64,000 nucleotides of DNA from Callorhinchus milii. Lineage: Eukaryota. Positions 12,600-25,984 of the stretch are shown in pieces. The notes beneath the pieces were generated by a model, which did not search any database, was not told the origin of the DNA, and worked only from the letters and a program-made list of their open reading frames with translations. Every line of letters begins with the position of its first letter. Positions within the stretch are counted from its first letter, which is position 1. The position numbers and the translations under genes are program-made. The stretch lies in assembly GCF_018977255.1 (NCBI RefSeq), contig NW_024704742.1, forward strand, positions 36,582,001-36,646,000, written 5' to 3'.

Positions 12600-12962
12600 A
12601 CTTCCCTTATAAGCCCTTCACTCTCTGGCACTTCCCTACCTCTCTGACCTTCTCACTCCCCAATTTACCACTCGGCGCCTCCACTCGACCGGCACCGACC
12701 TCCTGCTCATCCCTCGCACCCTCTGCCCGACCATCGGAGGTCGCGCTTTCAGCCACTACACCCCAAAACTCTGGAACGCTCTCCCTCAATCCCTCCGCCT
12801 TACTCTCTCCCCTTTTTCAAATCCCGCCTGAAAACTTTCCTCTTCGACCGTGCTTACGGCCAGCTCCCTATCCCCACCGGCTCGGAGTCAGCCTGCGCCA
12901 CTGTTAAGCGCTCTGAGACACTAGCCCGCGTGGAGGGCGCTGTATAAGTGCAAGTTGTTGTA
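12600..12962 (+). mobile_element. L2 ORF2 end + 3' UTR
   Basis: TIGGRAFSHY..KLWNALPQSLR-like, ends TGCAAGTTGTTG. Confidence 0.8.
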
Positions 12963-13528
12963 ATAAACACTATCAATCACATGCAGGCTGTTCTGAAGGC
13001 ATTTACAATTTTAAAGATAAGAAAAATGTAAAACAAATCCAAAATTTTTCACCTTAAATTCTCTGTAATAAGGTGAATTTATTAAAAATAAATTCAATTA
13101 ATTTGTTTTATCTTAGAAATTGAATCACAAAAATAACAGCCACCATAAGTGCTAAAATACTGTCCTGGAACATGAGAATACTGCCTTCTTCCATGAACCC
13201 GCCCGAGTTCCCATTGGGTCATCCACCTGTCTCTTCGTTACAGATTTCAACAACGACAACTTTCACTTATATAGTGCCAGCGTCCCAGCGTGCTTGAGCA
13301 TCTTTTCAGGTGCTTGACCGATGCTCTGGACTGCTCTGGTAGCACTAGTCTCTGGGTATAACATTATTCAAACTTTTTTTTACTGGGACCACAAATTTGC
13401 ATAACATCACATGAATTATAACATTAAACAGCTTAAACAATATGCAAACTCAAATGTGTACAAAACATACCAAGCACGTCCGAAAGGCCACCAGCATAAC
13501 ATTAGGTGGTTTACAAAGGCCGACTTAC

Positions 13529-13643
13529 CACTATGTAAACTTAACTGCGTGAGCATTTTTTCTCACGAGCCAAAAATTTTAAGCTATTTTAAGAAATCAA
13601 AACTTCCATTCCAGCATCAGGGGGAAACGCCTGCCATAACCAG
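13529..13643 (-). CDS. Candidate start-codon exon of the same gene (ATG 13556: MLTQLSLHS)
   Basis: tttccttttag acceptor, TG|gtaagt donor, ATG with A at -3 and an in-frame TGA 9 nt upstream. The phase-1 end matches exon 728-836. Confidence 0.55.
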
Positions 13644-13889
13644 CTAAAAGGAAACTATTCTAATTCTTTCTATTGCCATATTAAGACCCAATCTGAACAT
13701 GAGAAATTTCTCTCCAAAAGCTAGGTTAGAAGCAATAATATTGTAGAAATAACAAATTGCATACTGCATAAGAGAACCCTATTATCTTTTTAACACAAAG
13801 ATTTTAAGCGATGATTTGGTATTATACAGATTCTACTAGTGGTACATTTTTGGAACAAGCAGATCACAATACAATTAGAGAAAATCTGA

Positions 13890-14282
13890 TTTAATAGTAT
13901 AGCATCTTTCACATCTGAAAGAGGTCTTAAAAGTGCTTCACAGGATTTACTGTAAAGTGAAGTGACTGCATTTTGTAGGAAACGTGGCAGCCAATTAGCA
14001 CACAGAAAACAGTCAGGAAATGAATGGCCGATTCTATTTGTGGGATTGTTGGCCAGGACAATGGCAAAAACTCCTCTTTTGAATAGTGTCATGGGACCTT
14101 TAACATCCAACTGATCCAATTTGCTTTAACGTCTCATCTGAAGGATGCCATCTTGAACAATGTAGCACATCCGAGCACTGAATTGGAGCGTCAGGCTGAA
14201 CTGTGAGCCAAAAGCCCTGATGCGGGGCTTGAACCCACAACATTCTCACTCATAGGCAAGAGTGCTACCAACGGAGCTAGGC
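13890..14282 (-). mobile_element. Deu-domain-like SINE with tRNA head
   Basis: Antisense A/B boxes (GGTTCAAGCCCC), Deu-like body, shared tail. Confidence 0.7.
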
Positions 14283-15689
14283 CGCATTTTCAGTATTTAG
14301 CAAATTGTTGGAATTCATTCTGAATTTTGAAGTTTTTTTTTAAAAAGAACTTAGTTTCAAAATTAAGGCTGTATTACAGAATTTCCACAATGCTAAACCC
14401 AGTTGGAATTTCTCCCCATATGGATTTACTGAAGGCAATTTTAAAGTTCTGTACCACATTCACATTCTTTTGGGAACTTAAACATCTATACCACTACTTG
14501 TGCATACATTGAAACAGATCCTTAGCTGCATTCAATAAAAATCAGATGTGCTCTCCACAACCGATACTGTGTTCAAGCAGAGGAACAAACCACCGTGCAA
14601 GAGATTTATCCACACTTTCTAAAGCTACGTCCATTTTGTTCTTACACAAGGGATGAGCCTCACATATTTGTCCACTGGAATGAACATGGACAAAGCACAG
14701 ATTTTGTATGTGGTTATACTAAATATAATTGCAACGAGTGTGTCCTTTTAGTGCTTATACTGTAAATAACTCATCCAGTGAATAATTGAGGGAATGTAGT
14801 TTGGAAAGAACACAGTTTCAATAGAACAATAGAACAATGTTGGATCATTCCTCACATCAGAGCAAGTGAGTGAATGCTTACTGACCCAAAATAATTTTAA
14901 CATGAAGACGGCTCACTTCAGCAAACTAAGCTTCATATTCTACTTTGCTTGATGTAGGATACAGTTATTTAAATATCCAATGTCAGGTTGCACGGTATCT
15001 GAAAGGTCATACGGTTAAAAGCATTTGCCACAACCACATGAGTGTCCCTCCCATACAGTTCTTTTGGGACTGTTGGGTTGGCAAAGTGATGCAGGATGCT
15101 TTATAACCTCAACGCCAGAAATGCTTCATTGCCGCAGTCTTAAAAAATTACATCTTTCATTTGTATAGTGTCTTTCATAAAGGAAAATACCTGCATTTCA
15201 AGATTACAGAAGTGGACCATTTAAAGGTTCAAATGAGGATCTCCAATCTGAGTCTTAAATTTGGTAAATTTATTTTCCTTTTTTAAAAATAAAACTTATC
15301 TTCTCATTTTCCTCTCACTGGCAAACCTCCTACTCTCCTTACACTCAGGTGCAGTTCCACAGCTGCTGGTTGACCACCGATATTCTGCCCAAGTGGCCTT
15401 TGTTTTTAATGTGGGCCTTGGCAGAGTGACTGACAGCACCACTAGTAGACGGTGCTGAAGAAGGAACACAGTTGCCCTTAACCCTGGCTCTTTGCCCTCC
15501 CTAAGCTTGAGAAGGCAACTTAACCTCAACACACAGCCCTGCCTGAGACCAGCAACCTCAGCACAGATGTATTCAAAACAGTGAGCAACCGGGCCAATTC
15601 TATCCACTACACATCTGGACTACCTCTTCAAATTCAGCCTTAATTTGGAAGGCAGTTTTCTGGAGTTCTTTTTAATCAGCTTCCAAATT

Positions 15690-16070
15690 AATAATAATAC
15701 TACATTTGATATAGCACCTTGTATGGCAGTAGGACAACTCAAAGCACTTCACAGGTTTTGTTTTTTGCGACGAATGCTACAGCCAATTTTGCACACAACG
15801 TCCCACAAAAGCTATGAAGCGAATGATCAGTTTTTATTCTGAAGGATTGTTAGCCAAGATATTTCCTTTTCTTTTTGAACAGTGCCAAGGGATTTTTAAC
15901 GTCCACCTGAACAGGTGGAACCTCAGTTTAACATCTCATCTGAAGTACAGCACTCCCCCTACACTGTATTACATTGTCAGCCTCAACTATGAAATCAAAG
16001 GCCTGATTTAAGGCTTTAATCCCACAACCATCTGATTCAGAGCCATGAATGCTGCCAACTAATCCATGCT
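15690..16070 (-). mobile_element. Deu-domain-like SINE
   Basis: Homologous to 13890-14282. Confidence 0.65.
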
Positions 16071-16299
16071 GATTTTAATAATTTTCAAAAATTCTGTATA
16101 ATATCAACTTGTTTGTCAGCCTGACTTGTGCGCCTTGCCTCTGAGTCAGAAGGTAGTGGGTTCAAGCCCCACATCGGGATTTGGAATCACATAGTCTAAG
16201 GTGACACTCCAATGCAGTGCTACATGTGTTTCATTCTCAGGTGGGGGCTTTCGGATGAGGTGTTAAACTGAGGTCCTGTCTGCCTTTTCAGCTGGATGT

Positions 16300-16830
16300 G
16301 AGGCTCAGGCTCCCACACACTAGATCAGGGACTATATACTGAGGGACAAGCTGAAGTTTAGCTCAACCACAGCAAAGGCCAGATGGGGCCTGACTCTGGC
16401 AGGAGCCGCTCCAGCACAACCCGCTCAGGGCGCACCCACTGGGTAGCCCACGAGGGCATCCAAAACTGACTGAAGTAAAGGTACAGAAAAACTCTTGAGA
16501 TATAGCCAAAGAGCGTCCCAAAAATGTACGTACGCATGTGTGGGTACGGTGCACATTGGGGCGCCTTGCGAAAGCGGCACCTTATCAGGGTGTGTGCGGG
16601 AGCGCATATGGATGTGGTGTAAACAGGGGCAACTCCCGACTGTTTTAAAGGCAGCGTCCCAAAAAACATGTGCACAACCTACATACGGTAAAGGAATGTA
16701 CCATAAACAACAGAATGTATTTTGTATTGGGAGAAGAGGAAAAAAATTGTAACAAAAAATGTTGTGTATTGCTTGGGATTTCTGTTGTACTAAATATTAT
16801 ATTTATAAATATATTTTCAAAAACAAAAAA
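16300..16830 (+). mobile_element. 5'-truncated Tx1/L1-clade LINE 3' end
   Basis: Residual peptide IRDYILRDKLKFSSTTAKARWG, 3' UTR, A-rich tail, TSD GCCTTTTCAGCTGGA (16282-16296 / 16831-16845). Confidence 0.8.
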
Positions 16831-17054
16831 GCCTTTTCAGCTGGAAGTTAAAGATCCCATGGAACTATTAAAAAACAGAAGGGAGTTTCTCCCTGTGTCC
16901 TGGCCAACAAATCCCCCAAAAAGAATTAGTCATTCACTCCATGGTTGTTTGCGAGACGTTGCTGTGTGCAAACTGGCTGCCGTGTTTCACCCACAAAATA
17001 CAGTCAATTCACCTCACAGTATATCCTGTGAAGTACTTTGAGACTTCCCGAGAA

Positions 17055-17220
17055 CATATTCAAGACTGAGATTGATAGGTTTCTAAAGGATAGAGTGATT
17101 AAGAGATATGGGGATAAGGCGGGCAGATGGAGTTAGGTGAGAAGATCAGCCATGATCTTATTGAATGGCGGGGCAGGCTCGAGGGGCCAAATGGCCTACT
17201 CCTGCTCCTAATTCCTATGT
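17055..17220 (+). mobile_element. CR1 LINE 3' end
   Basis: FKTEIDRFL...YGDKAGRWS* followed by ...AATGGCCTACTCCTGCTCCTAATTCCTATG. Confidence 0.85.
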
Positions 17221-18639
17221 GATAAGGCGCTATATGAAATGCAAGGATTTTTATTTATTAATTAACTTTTAAGATAATGATCTTCGTGTAGGCCTCTTTA
17301 AAGTCAGTTTAAAGATTTAACTTTATAAACACCCAGGGTTTTAGTCAATCAGAAAAAACAAAAACAGGATCCTGCCATTTTTCAGGCTCTGGGATGTGCA
17401 CATCAGAACATTGCTGACTGATGTGTAAATACGCACTTACATAACCTCTGAACTCTGCAACAATGCAGGGATGACCTCGGAGAAGAACTGTACATAAGTA
17501 ATGTGCATCAGGATATGTTCCTGACAGCAAAGTATGTTACTTGACGCCATGATCACTCACATTTGTCGCTTGTGATCTGAGAGTAAAGCAGCTGTTTGGA
17601 GCTGTGCTGTGAAAAATGTCATGTTCTCTGACTACCTTTGACAACGGCAGAAAATGTAAATCACTAGCGGATATTTTGCTAGGGATTTCCATCAGTTTTT
17701 TTCTTCTTGGTTTTCTTCCAATTTTGACACAAAAGAGAACCCCAAATCACCTATATTTTTATTTCATGGATAAAAAACACAACCTTAATTGTCCTTGTCT
17801 CAAGCCCATGACTATCAAGGATTTCGAGCCTTAGATGCTGATTTAATGAGAATGGGATGCAGTGTTCCTTGTGCTCACTGTAGTAGCCTTTCCCTTTTCC
17901 AGTCACAAGTAATCGATCATGGAGACAATCCCTTTGGAGCCCAGTGCTTTTACTACAGTAATTGCATTCACAGAGGGATTGTCATTATCAGTAACAATGT
18001 GCAGGTCAACAGCTATCCTTTCAATAGCACATAAATGGTATACATCAACGTTGAAATGAATATTGCTGCACTAATACTTGGTTTAGTGGTAAAATTTAGC
18101 TGTGACTAAACACTTTCCTGGGATTCTTACCCATAGGCTTTTGCTATTTTCCTTACATATCAAAATTAGTGAAGATTTCTGCTCCTCTATTTAACAATAG
18201 AGATCTCCATAAAGCAAGACCAGAGACTTTAATTTGGCATTTTCTAATCACCTTTCTTCAGAATACCAAGACCAAAAAATCAGCGTGTTTTGTTGCTAGC
18301 AGTGTCTCACAATACGTATGAGCCCACATAATAATAATCCTTGCATTTAATGTAGCACCATATCAAGTAGTCAAAACATCTAAAAAGCATCAAGTGGAGA
18401 GACTGTGTAGTTAGTATTTTACAATTCTAGTGGGAAAGCAGACAAAATGGAGTAGGTGTGAGCGCTTATGGCAGCTGAAGATCTATGAAGTCGACCTGTA
18501 ATATAATAATAATCCTTGCATTTGATGTAGTGTAGCATCTTATCACATCTTTTAAACCTCTCAAAGAATTTTACAGAGTATCCTGTAAAGGGAATTGACT
18601 GTATAATTTTATGGGTGAAATGGGGCAGTCAATATACAA

Positions 18640-18825
18640 CAAAAACAAGAACAAATTACATTTGTATAGCACCTTTCACGCCTGGAGGATGTCCAAGACG
18701 CTGGACAGTCAGGGTTTTGCACCCAAGCTGGGGGATGGGATCAGGAGGGGTGGCGGGCAGGGTGATCAAAGGCGCGGTTGAAGAGGAAGGTCTTGAGACA
18801 GGCCTTGAAGGAGGCAGTGGAGGGA
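18640..18825 (-). mobile_element. L2 3' end
   Basis: Homologous to 6932-7130. Confidence 0.75.
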
Positions 18826-19945
18826 ATACAGAACTGCAAAAAAAATCTCATGGCACATTTACAATACACATTCAATATGTTAAGTCAGAAACACTACATG
18901 TGGAAATGCTTAGTTAGATGTTAAGTTAAAATCTATTGTAAGAAAAATAAAGAGCTAACCCTGCAATTTATATTCGGAAAGTTCACATTGTAAAACATCA
19001 TCTCCGCCACCTTGAACAAGGACAACGCAGTATAATGCTGTGTCTGAGCTGGGCCAGAAGTTACCAGACCATATCAATTACAGCAAATTACTACATACTC
19101 ATTTAATAAGGCGTTTAAATCCATTATTTACAGAAACCCTAAGTGTAAACATTTTTTTCGGATAAGTAACAAAGATCTCCAAATACAAAATAGAAATAAA
19201 AAATAGAAGTCCCTTTCACTGTACAAGTTAAAAATACAAGTGTTATTCAGTAGCTCTACCCATTCCCCCCCTCCAAAACAACAACAACTTGCATTTAGTG
19301 AGCGCCCCTCGCACAGGGTAGGGTCCCAGAGCACTTGAACAACTCTCGTCAACTTCAGCTTTAAGTAAATTAAAAATGAAATAGGGAGTAATAGTCTCCT
19401 TCATATACTGACAGTGTACAGTAATGGTATGTAACTGAAAACACTGTAATTTCACATTTTACTTCATTTAATAAGCGATATAAATCCATTATTCAGTTTA
19501 CAGAAACCCTAAGTGCAACATTTGATTTATAATTTTATAAGCGCATTTGATTTATACTCTGCGTGTATTATTTTGTTATGCTGAGCAGGTCAATGTAAAT
19601 ATTATTTCATGTGTTTCCAAACAGCAAGTGCAATATTGGGTGAAAAATAAGGCTTGTTTTCTTTCGTGTGCATGAAAATGTGAGGAACTAAGTTTTGTGA
19701 AAGGGTTGATAACAATGACAGATTAGAATGTTTGCATGGGCTGAACTATTAGTTTGAGGAAGGCAGTTTTAAAGGATTAGATGTGGGATTTGGAGGGAGA
19801 TATCGGCATTGGAGCAGCACAGTGAATAAGCGAATCATGCCTGAAGATATTTCTTAGTGGATATACTACAGAGGAAAAAGTAGGCAATAGAATTTAAATT
19901 TGGATTTGGGAAACCAAGCTTGAAAATGGTGTATTGGGAGGGAAT

Positions 19946-20250
19946 TGTGGAGTCCTGTAGCTCAGTGGTTAGAGCGCTCAACTTGCAAGCGAGACACCTG
20001 GGTTCAATTCCAGGCAGGGCGCAACCTTGGGCAAGTTTCCTTACTCCACACGCCTAATAATAATCCCTCCAAAAAAAAAAAAAAATTGGTCATTTTCAAT
20101 CCACGACTGTTTGTGGGACACTGCTGTACGCAATTGGCTGCCGCGTTTCGCCCACAAGTATTCACTTTACAGCATATTCTGTGAAGTGCTTTGAGACATC
20201 TAGAAGCCGTGAAAAGCGCTATATCAAATTCAAGGATTATTATTATTATG
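19946..20250 (+). mobile_element. tRNA-Ala SINE (short subfamily)
   Basis: Near-identical organisation to 9084-9397. Confidence 0.9.
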
Positions 20251-22999
20251 ATCATCAGAAGACACTGGTGCTACAAAAGGCTTTAGTGACGATCAACCCT
20301 ATGTATATTTTTAGTAACTTGTCAAATATCAGGGCCATAGAAACACAGAAAAGGAGTAGGCCATTCAGCCCTTCAAGCCTGTTCCGCATTCTATAACATC
20401 ATGCCAGACTGTACTGTAAATGGGTTCTTGTCCAATTAAGGTTCTCTGTTGACTGATCTGGGACATTTGGATTACCTTCATATCTCTTCACCTTGTGAAA
20501 CAAGTACATGACTAATTTGCATTACATGATGGTGGAACTGCCGTAAAATAATAAAAGCAGCTTCAATTCTGCAATGTAATTCTACTTAATCAACAAGATA
20601 AAATACACAATACTTTTCATCAATTAACTAAGTTCCACTTTCTACCAATCCTCTGGCTATGTTTATATTTATTATTATTATTGTTGAACAGCTTAAGCTT
20701 TACCCTCTTTATCTCCATTATGGAACACTGTTTAATTGGAGGTTCTGCTTCGACACTGTGTCCTGCAACACGATCCCATCTCTTGACAGTTCTCGGTTTT
20801 ATTTAATTATACAACAGCAGCAACTTACATTATATATTAGAATATACAGCACAGAAACAGGCCATTCGGCCCAACAATGCCCAACTTGCATTTATATAGC
20901 GCCCCTCATGCAGGGTAGCGTCCCAGAGCGCATATTATACATATGTATACATACTGATATGCTTAAGATTACTTTTGGGATAGAATTATTGGCTATTAAT
21001 TACTGGCTTTATACATTTTGAGTCTCAGAACTGAACCAATTTGGGAATTATTTTTAATACTTCAATTACTACATTAATTTAGGCAGGCTCCTCACCTTCA
21101 GAACCTATCACAAAACTTCTACTAAGCATTACAGAAAGCCTGCAGTAAAGGAGAATTGGAAACCTTTATTTTAACATCAATACCCTCACTGCATTGCAAC
21201 AATCAGCCTCAAATTACATGATGCTGAAGCAGGGGAAAAGAACAAGCAATATTTAATGGAAATCCAGCAGTACTGGAATCAGAGAATATGGGCTGAAACT
21301 GTACCTGAAATTCCTTGAAGCTGAGCTGTTCCACAGTGGAAAAGTACTGAATTAAGACGAGCAATTATTAGTCTCACACATTCTACAATTGTCAGATTCA
21401 CAGGGACACTAGGTCCTCAGCTCTCCTGATGCAGAGAAATACACATCAATAGATTGAGTCTGATACTTAAAGGAGAAACAAAACTGAAATGCATTAAAAA
21501 AAATTGCAAGTATATTCTGTGCAAAATGAGAATATAGCTCAATATTTCACTATGAAAAAAAACAAAAGATATCTAATCTCCTAGCCACGCCAGGCAAGCA
21601 CAGACTGCAACACAGGCCTCACAATGCAGCAAATTCACTTGAACTATCTATCAAGCTACTGTTAACACGTGCTTACCACAAACTGCTTTTGTGACCATTG
21701 TTAGAATATTTTAATTACAAAAATCTTCAGCAAATCTTGCATTTAATAGGATGTAAAAATGTACAGAATGAAGGGGCTCCCATGACAGGCCTAGTGAGTA
21801 AAGGCACTGCCCAATTTAGTACCCATTCACACAGGCAAGAAAGTCGCGGGTTTCAATTCTGGTCTGTGCTGCATTAGCTTCTCAACTGGGGCAGCAGGTA
21901 AGAGTGCTACAACAGAGTTTTGTGTCTGAAGCGAGAAAGATTTGGATAGGATTCCTGATCCCTTACTTTTTTTGGTCAGACAGGTGTGTGATACACGCAG
22001 AAACCAATCACCATTCTTAAGAATGCCCAAACCAAACAGAGCCCCATATACGTTTGCCAATTATGCATTGAAATTTCCCTACAACGGGAATGGAATACAC
22101 ACTTTCTCCCTGGAGGAACACTTACTCAAATCCAGAAATATTAGGCGCCGGTTAGCCTCAGCCTTCTCCCAAAGCAAAATATACAAAAGCAATGTATGTG
22201 CTTGGGATGTCTTCAGGCAGGAGCTTTCGAAGGATTTTTGAAAATATCTGAATCATCCATTCATTCAGAAACATTACAAACTGATTGCTGCAACATTAAA
22301 GGATCTTGCATTTGCTGGTCATCTCATAATATTTTAGAACTATAGAAATTTACAGCACAGAAGAGGGCCATTCAGCCCATTATTGTGCTAAAACTGCATT
22401 AAGATCCTCCCACATCACAGTTAGTTAAGATCCGGATGTAGGAATGCCACAGAATAAAGTAAAACGATAAGATTAGTTTACATATTGATGATATTCATCA
22501 CTTTCCAGATGATGAATCTATTTCATACAACAATATCACTCCCTCCTACCCACATCATTGTCTGCGATATCAAGCCTCAAAAATAGATCATAAACAAAAG
22601 TGGAAGGCAAAGATAGGTAGGTATTAGAGAAAAGCAAAATGGATGACTGAAGCAAACACATGTATCATTCTCCCATCTGTTTTACATTTTTTAAATAACT
22701 TCCAGATCAGCTCCACTTATAATACCATAGAATGAATTAGAAAAAAAATAGTTCCAGAAAACTACATGTAACACAGTCCCACTTTAGAGAACGGGCACTG
22801 TACATTATAAAAGTTTGTTTATTGGATTTTTTATTGATATGCAAATAAAAGGAGAAACACTCTTTCAAAACAAGACTTCAAGTTAGATCAAGTCCATTGG
22901 TGGGTAGAGAACATGGCAAATTATACAGGGATGCTCAGCAAGGCAACATTTTTAGCACTTAAATCCCATTTCTTGTACCAATCTCACAATCTAGATGGC

Positions 23000-23342
23000 T
23001 CTGCAGTACAATGAGGGAACTCTGCAATGTCAGAGGTGCAGTTCTTTGGATGAGCCTTTAAACCAAGGTCCCTTCCATCTGCTTATTTAGGTGGACATTA
23101 AAGAGCCCATAATAACATTCAAAGAGAAAGGTGTTTCTCCCACTATCCAGCACAACAATCCTCCAGATAAAATTGGTCATTCACTTCTTGGCTGTTTGTA
23201 GGACATTGCTGTGAATAAACTGGCTGCAACATTTGCGCATAAATATCATCACTACGCTAGAATAAAATCCTGTTAAATATTTTGAGATGTTTCAACTGTA
23301 CGATAAGGTGCAAACTGCATGACAAATGCAAGGATCATCATC
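23000..23342 (+). mobile_element. Deu-domain-like SINE body and tail
   Basis: GATGAG..TTAAACCAAGGTCC...AGGTGGACATTAAAG and the shared tail. Confidence 0.65.
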
Positions 23343-23599
23343 ACCAATGAGTGGGAGGAAAGGGGGGGCTGGATGGCAATCGCAGGTCACTGTTGGGTGC
23401 AGGTAAGGGAGGGAAAGTGAGAGCAAAGGCAAGAAAGGCGTAGAGGGCTACCAGGTGGGTATCTCCAGAGGTGGGAGGGAATCTCTGTAGGGGGTGAATA
23501 ATCCTTGCATTTGAATAGCACCTTATCAAATCTTCGAGACATCTCTAAGCGCTTCACAGAATATACTGTAAAGTGAATTGACTGTATATTTTGAAAATC

Positions 23600-24800
23600 T
23601 CTGGGGGTGAGGGGTTTAGGTAATTTGGGGGTGGGAGCTAATCTGGGTGAGGGCAGGTGGAGGATGTGGGTGGGGGCGGGTGGGGAGGAGGTGGGGAGGT
23701 GGTGGGGTGTGGCGGGGGGGGGTGGAGGGGGGGGTTGGTGGTGGGGGGTGTGTGGAGGGGGTTGGTGGTGCGGGGGGTGGAGGAGGTGGTGGGGGGAGGG
23801 GATGTGGGGGGAGGGGGGGAGGAGTGGGGGGTATTTGGGATGATGTGCGGGTGGGGGAGGGGATGTGGGGTGAGGGGGGGTTGTGGGGAGGGATGTGGGG
23901 TGAGGGGGATGAGGGGGTGGGGGGGATGCGGGGGAGGGATGTGGGGTGAATGTGGAGGTGGGGGGGATGAGGGGGAGGGATGTGGGTGAGGGGGGTGTTT
24001 GTGAGGGTGGGGTGAAGGGGGGATGAGGGGGAGGGATGTGGGATGGGGGAGTGGGGGGGATGAGGGGGAGGGGTGTGGGGTGAGGGGGGGATGAGGGATG
24101 AGGGTGGGTGAGGGTGTGAGTGTGGGGGGGTGATGAGGAGGGGGAGGGGTGAGGAGGGTGAGGGGTGGGGAGGGGGAGGGATGTGGGTGTGGGGGGAATG
24201 AGGAGGGTGAGGGGGGAGGGGTGAGAGGGGGTGATGAGGAGGGGGAGGGGTGAGGAGGGGGGAGGGGGGGGAGGGGGGGGGATGAGGAGGGGGAGGGGTG
24301 GGGAGGGGGAGGGGTGGGGAGGGATGTGGTGTGGGGGGGATGAGGGAGGGTGAGGGGTGAGGGGGGGTGAGGAGGAGGGTGAGGGGGGGAGGGGGGGAGG
24401 GTGAGGGGTGAGGAGGGGGAGGGGTGAGGAGGGGGGAGGGGTGAGGAGGGGGAGGGAGGGGGAGGAGGGGGGAGGGGAGGGGTGAGGAGGGGTGAGGAGG
24501 GGGGAGGGGGGGAGGGGGGGGTGAGGAGGGGGGAGGGGGAGGAGGAGGGGGGGAGGGTGAGGGGTGAGGAGGGGGAGGAGGGGGGAGGGGGGTGAGGAGG
24601 GGGGAGGGGGTGAGGGGTGAGGAGGGGGGGAGGGTGAGGGGTGAGGAGGGGGGGGAGGGTGAGGGGTGAGGAGGGGGGGGGGTGAGGAGGAGGGGTGAGG
24701 GGTGAGGAGGGGGGGGAGGGTGAGGGAGGAGGGGGGGAGGGGGGGGGGTGAGGGGGAGGAGGGGGTGAGGGAGGGGGGGGACGGGGGAGGGGGAGAGGAG
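23600..24800. repeat. G-rich low-complexity tract (GGGGA/GGTGA)
   Basis: About 1.2 kb nearly devoid of C on the plus strand. Confidence 0.95.
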
Positions 24801-24929
24801 TAAATCTCAGCCGTTGGCATTTTTTTTGAACACCGGAAACTGTATCGGCCGGAAACCGGGATAAACATCACTGGGATTGTATATCTTTTTAAGGAAAACG
24901 AGAAAAACACTTTATACACAGATTTACAC

Positions 24930-25940
24930 ACTCACAACCTCACACACACACACACAGTGATACACAGACACCCTCACACACACACAGTGATACACACACA
25001 CACAGTGATACACACACACACACAACCTCACACACAGTGATACACACACACACACACAACCTCACACACACACACACAGTGATACACACACACACCCTCA
25101 CACACACACAGTGATACACACACAACCTCACACACACACAGTGATACACACACAACCTCACACACACACACACACAACCTCACACACACACACAGTGATA
25201 CACACACAACCTCACACACACACACACACAACCTCACACACACACACACAGTGATACACACACAACCTCACACACACACACACACACACCCTCACACACA
25301 CACAGTGATACACACACAACCTCACACACACACACACAACCTCACACACACACACAGTGATACACACACACACACAACCTCACACACAGTGATACACACA
25401 ACCTCACACACAGTGATACACACACACACACAACCTCACACACAGTGATACAGACACACACAACCTCACACACACAGTGATACACACACACACACAACCT
25501 CACACACACACACAGTGATACACACACACACACAACCTCACACACACACACAGTGATACACACACACACACAACCTCACACACAGTGATACACACACACA
25601 CACAACCTCACACACACACACAACCTCACACACACAGTGATACACACACACACACAACCTCACACACAGTGATACACACACACACAGTGATACACACACA
25701 CTCACACACACAGTGATACGCACACACAGTGATACACACACAACCTCACACACACAGTGATACACACACACACACAGTGATACACACACACACAGTGATA
25801 CACACACACACAGTGATACAGTCTCACACACCATTCACACAGTGATACACACACAGACATTCACAGTCACATACACACACAGCGACACACACAGCGACTG
25901 ACACACTCTCTCTCTCGCGCGCACACACACACACACACAG
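24930..25940. repeat. Compound (CA)n microsatellite with CACAGTGATA and CAACCT interruptions
   Basis: Direct reading. Confidence 0.95.
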
Positions 25941-25984
25941 AGGTATTATATAACACACAGACATACAATAAGCTGCTGTTACAC

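Larger units (their letters stand above)
16120..17250 (+). mobile_element. Deu-domain-like SINE hosting two nested LINE fragments
   Basis: tRNA head 16120-16200; body continues across 16300-16830; tail continues across 17055-17220. Confidence 0.75.

Noticed and set aside
23387..24931. 514-aa proline-rich (extensin-like) ORF
   Set aside because: Translation of the G-rich tract plus a SINE tail.
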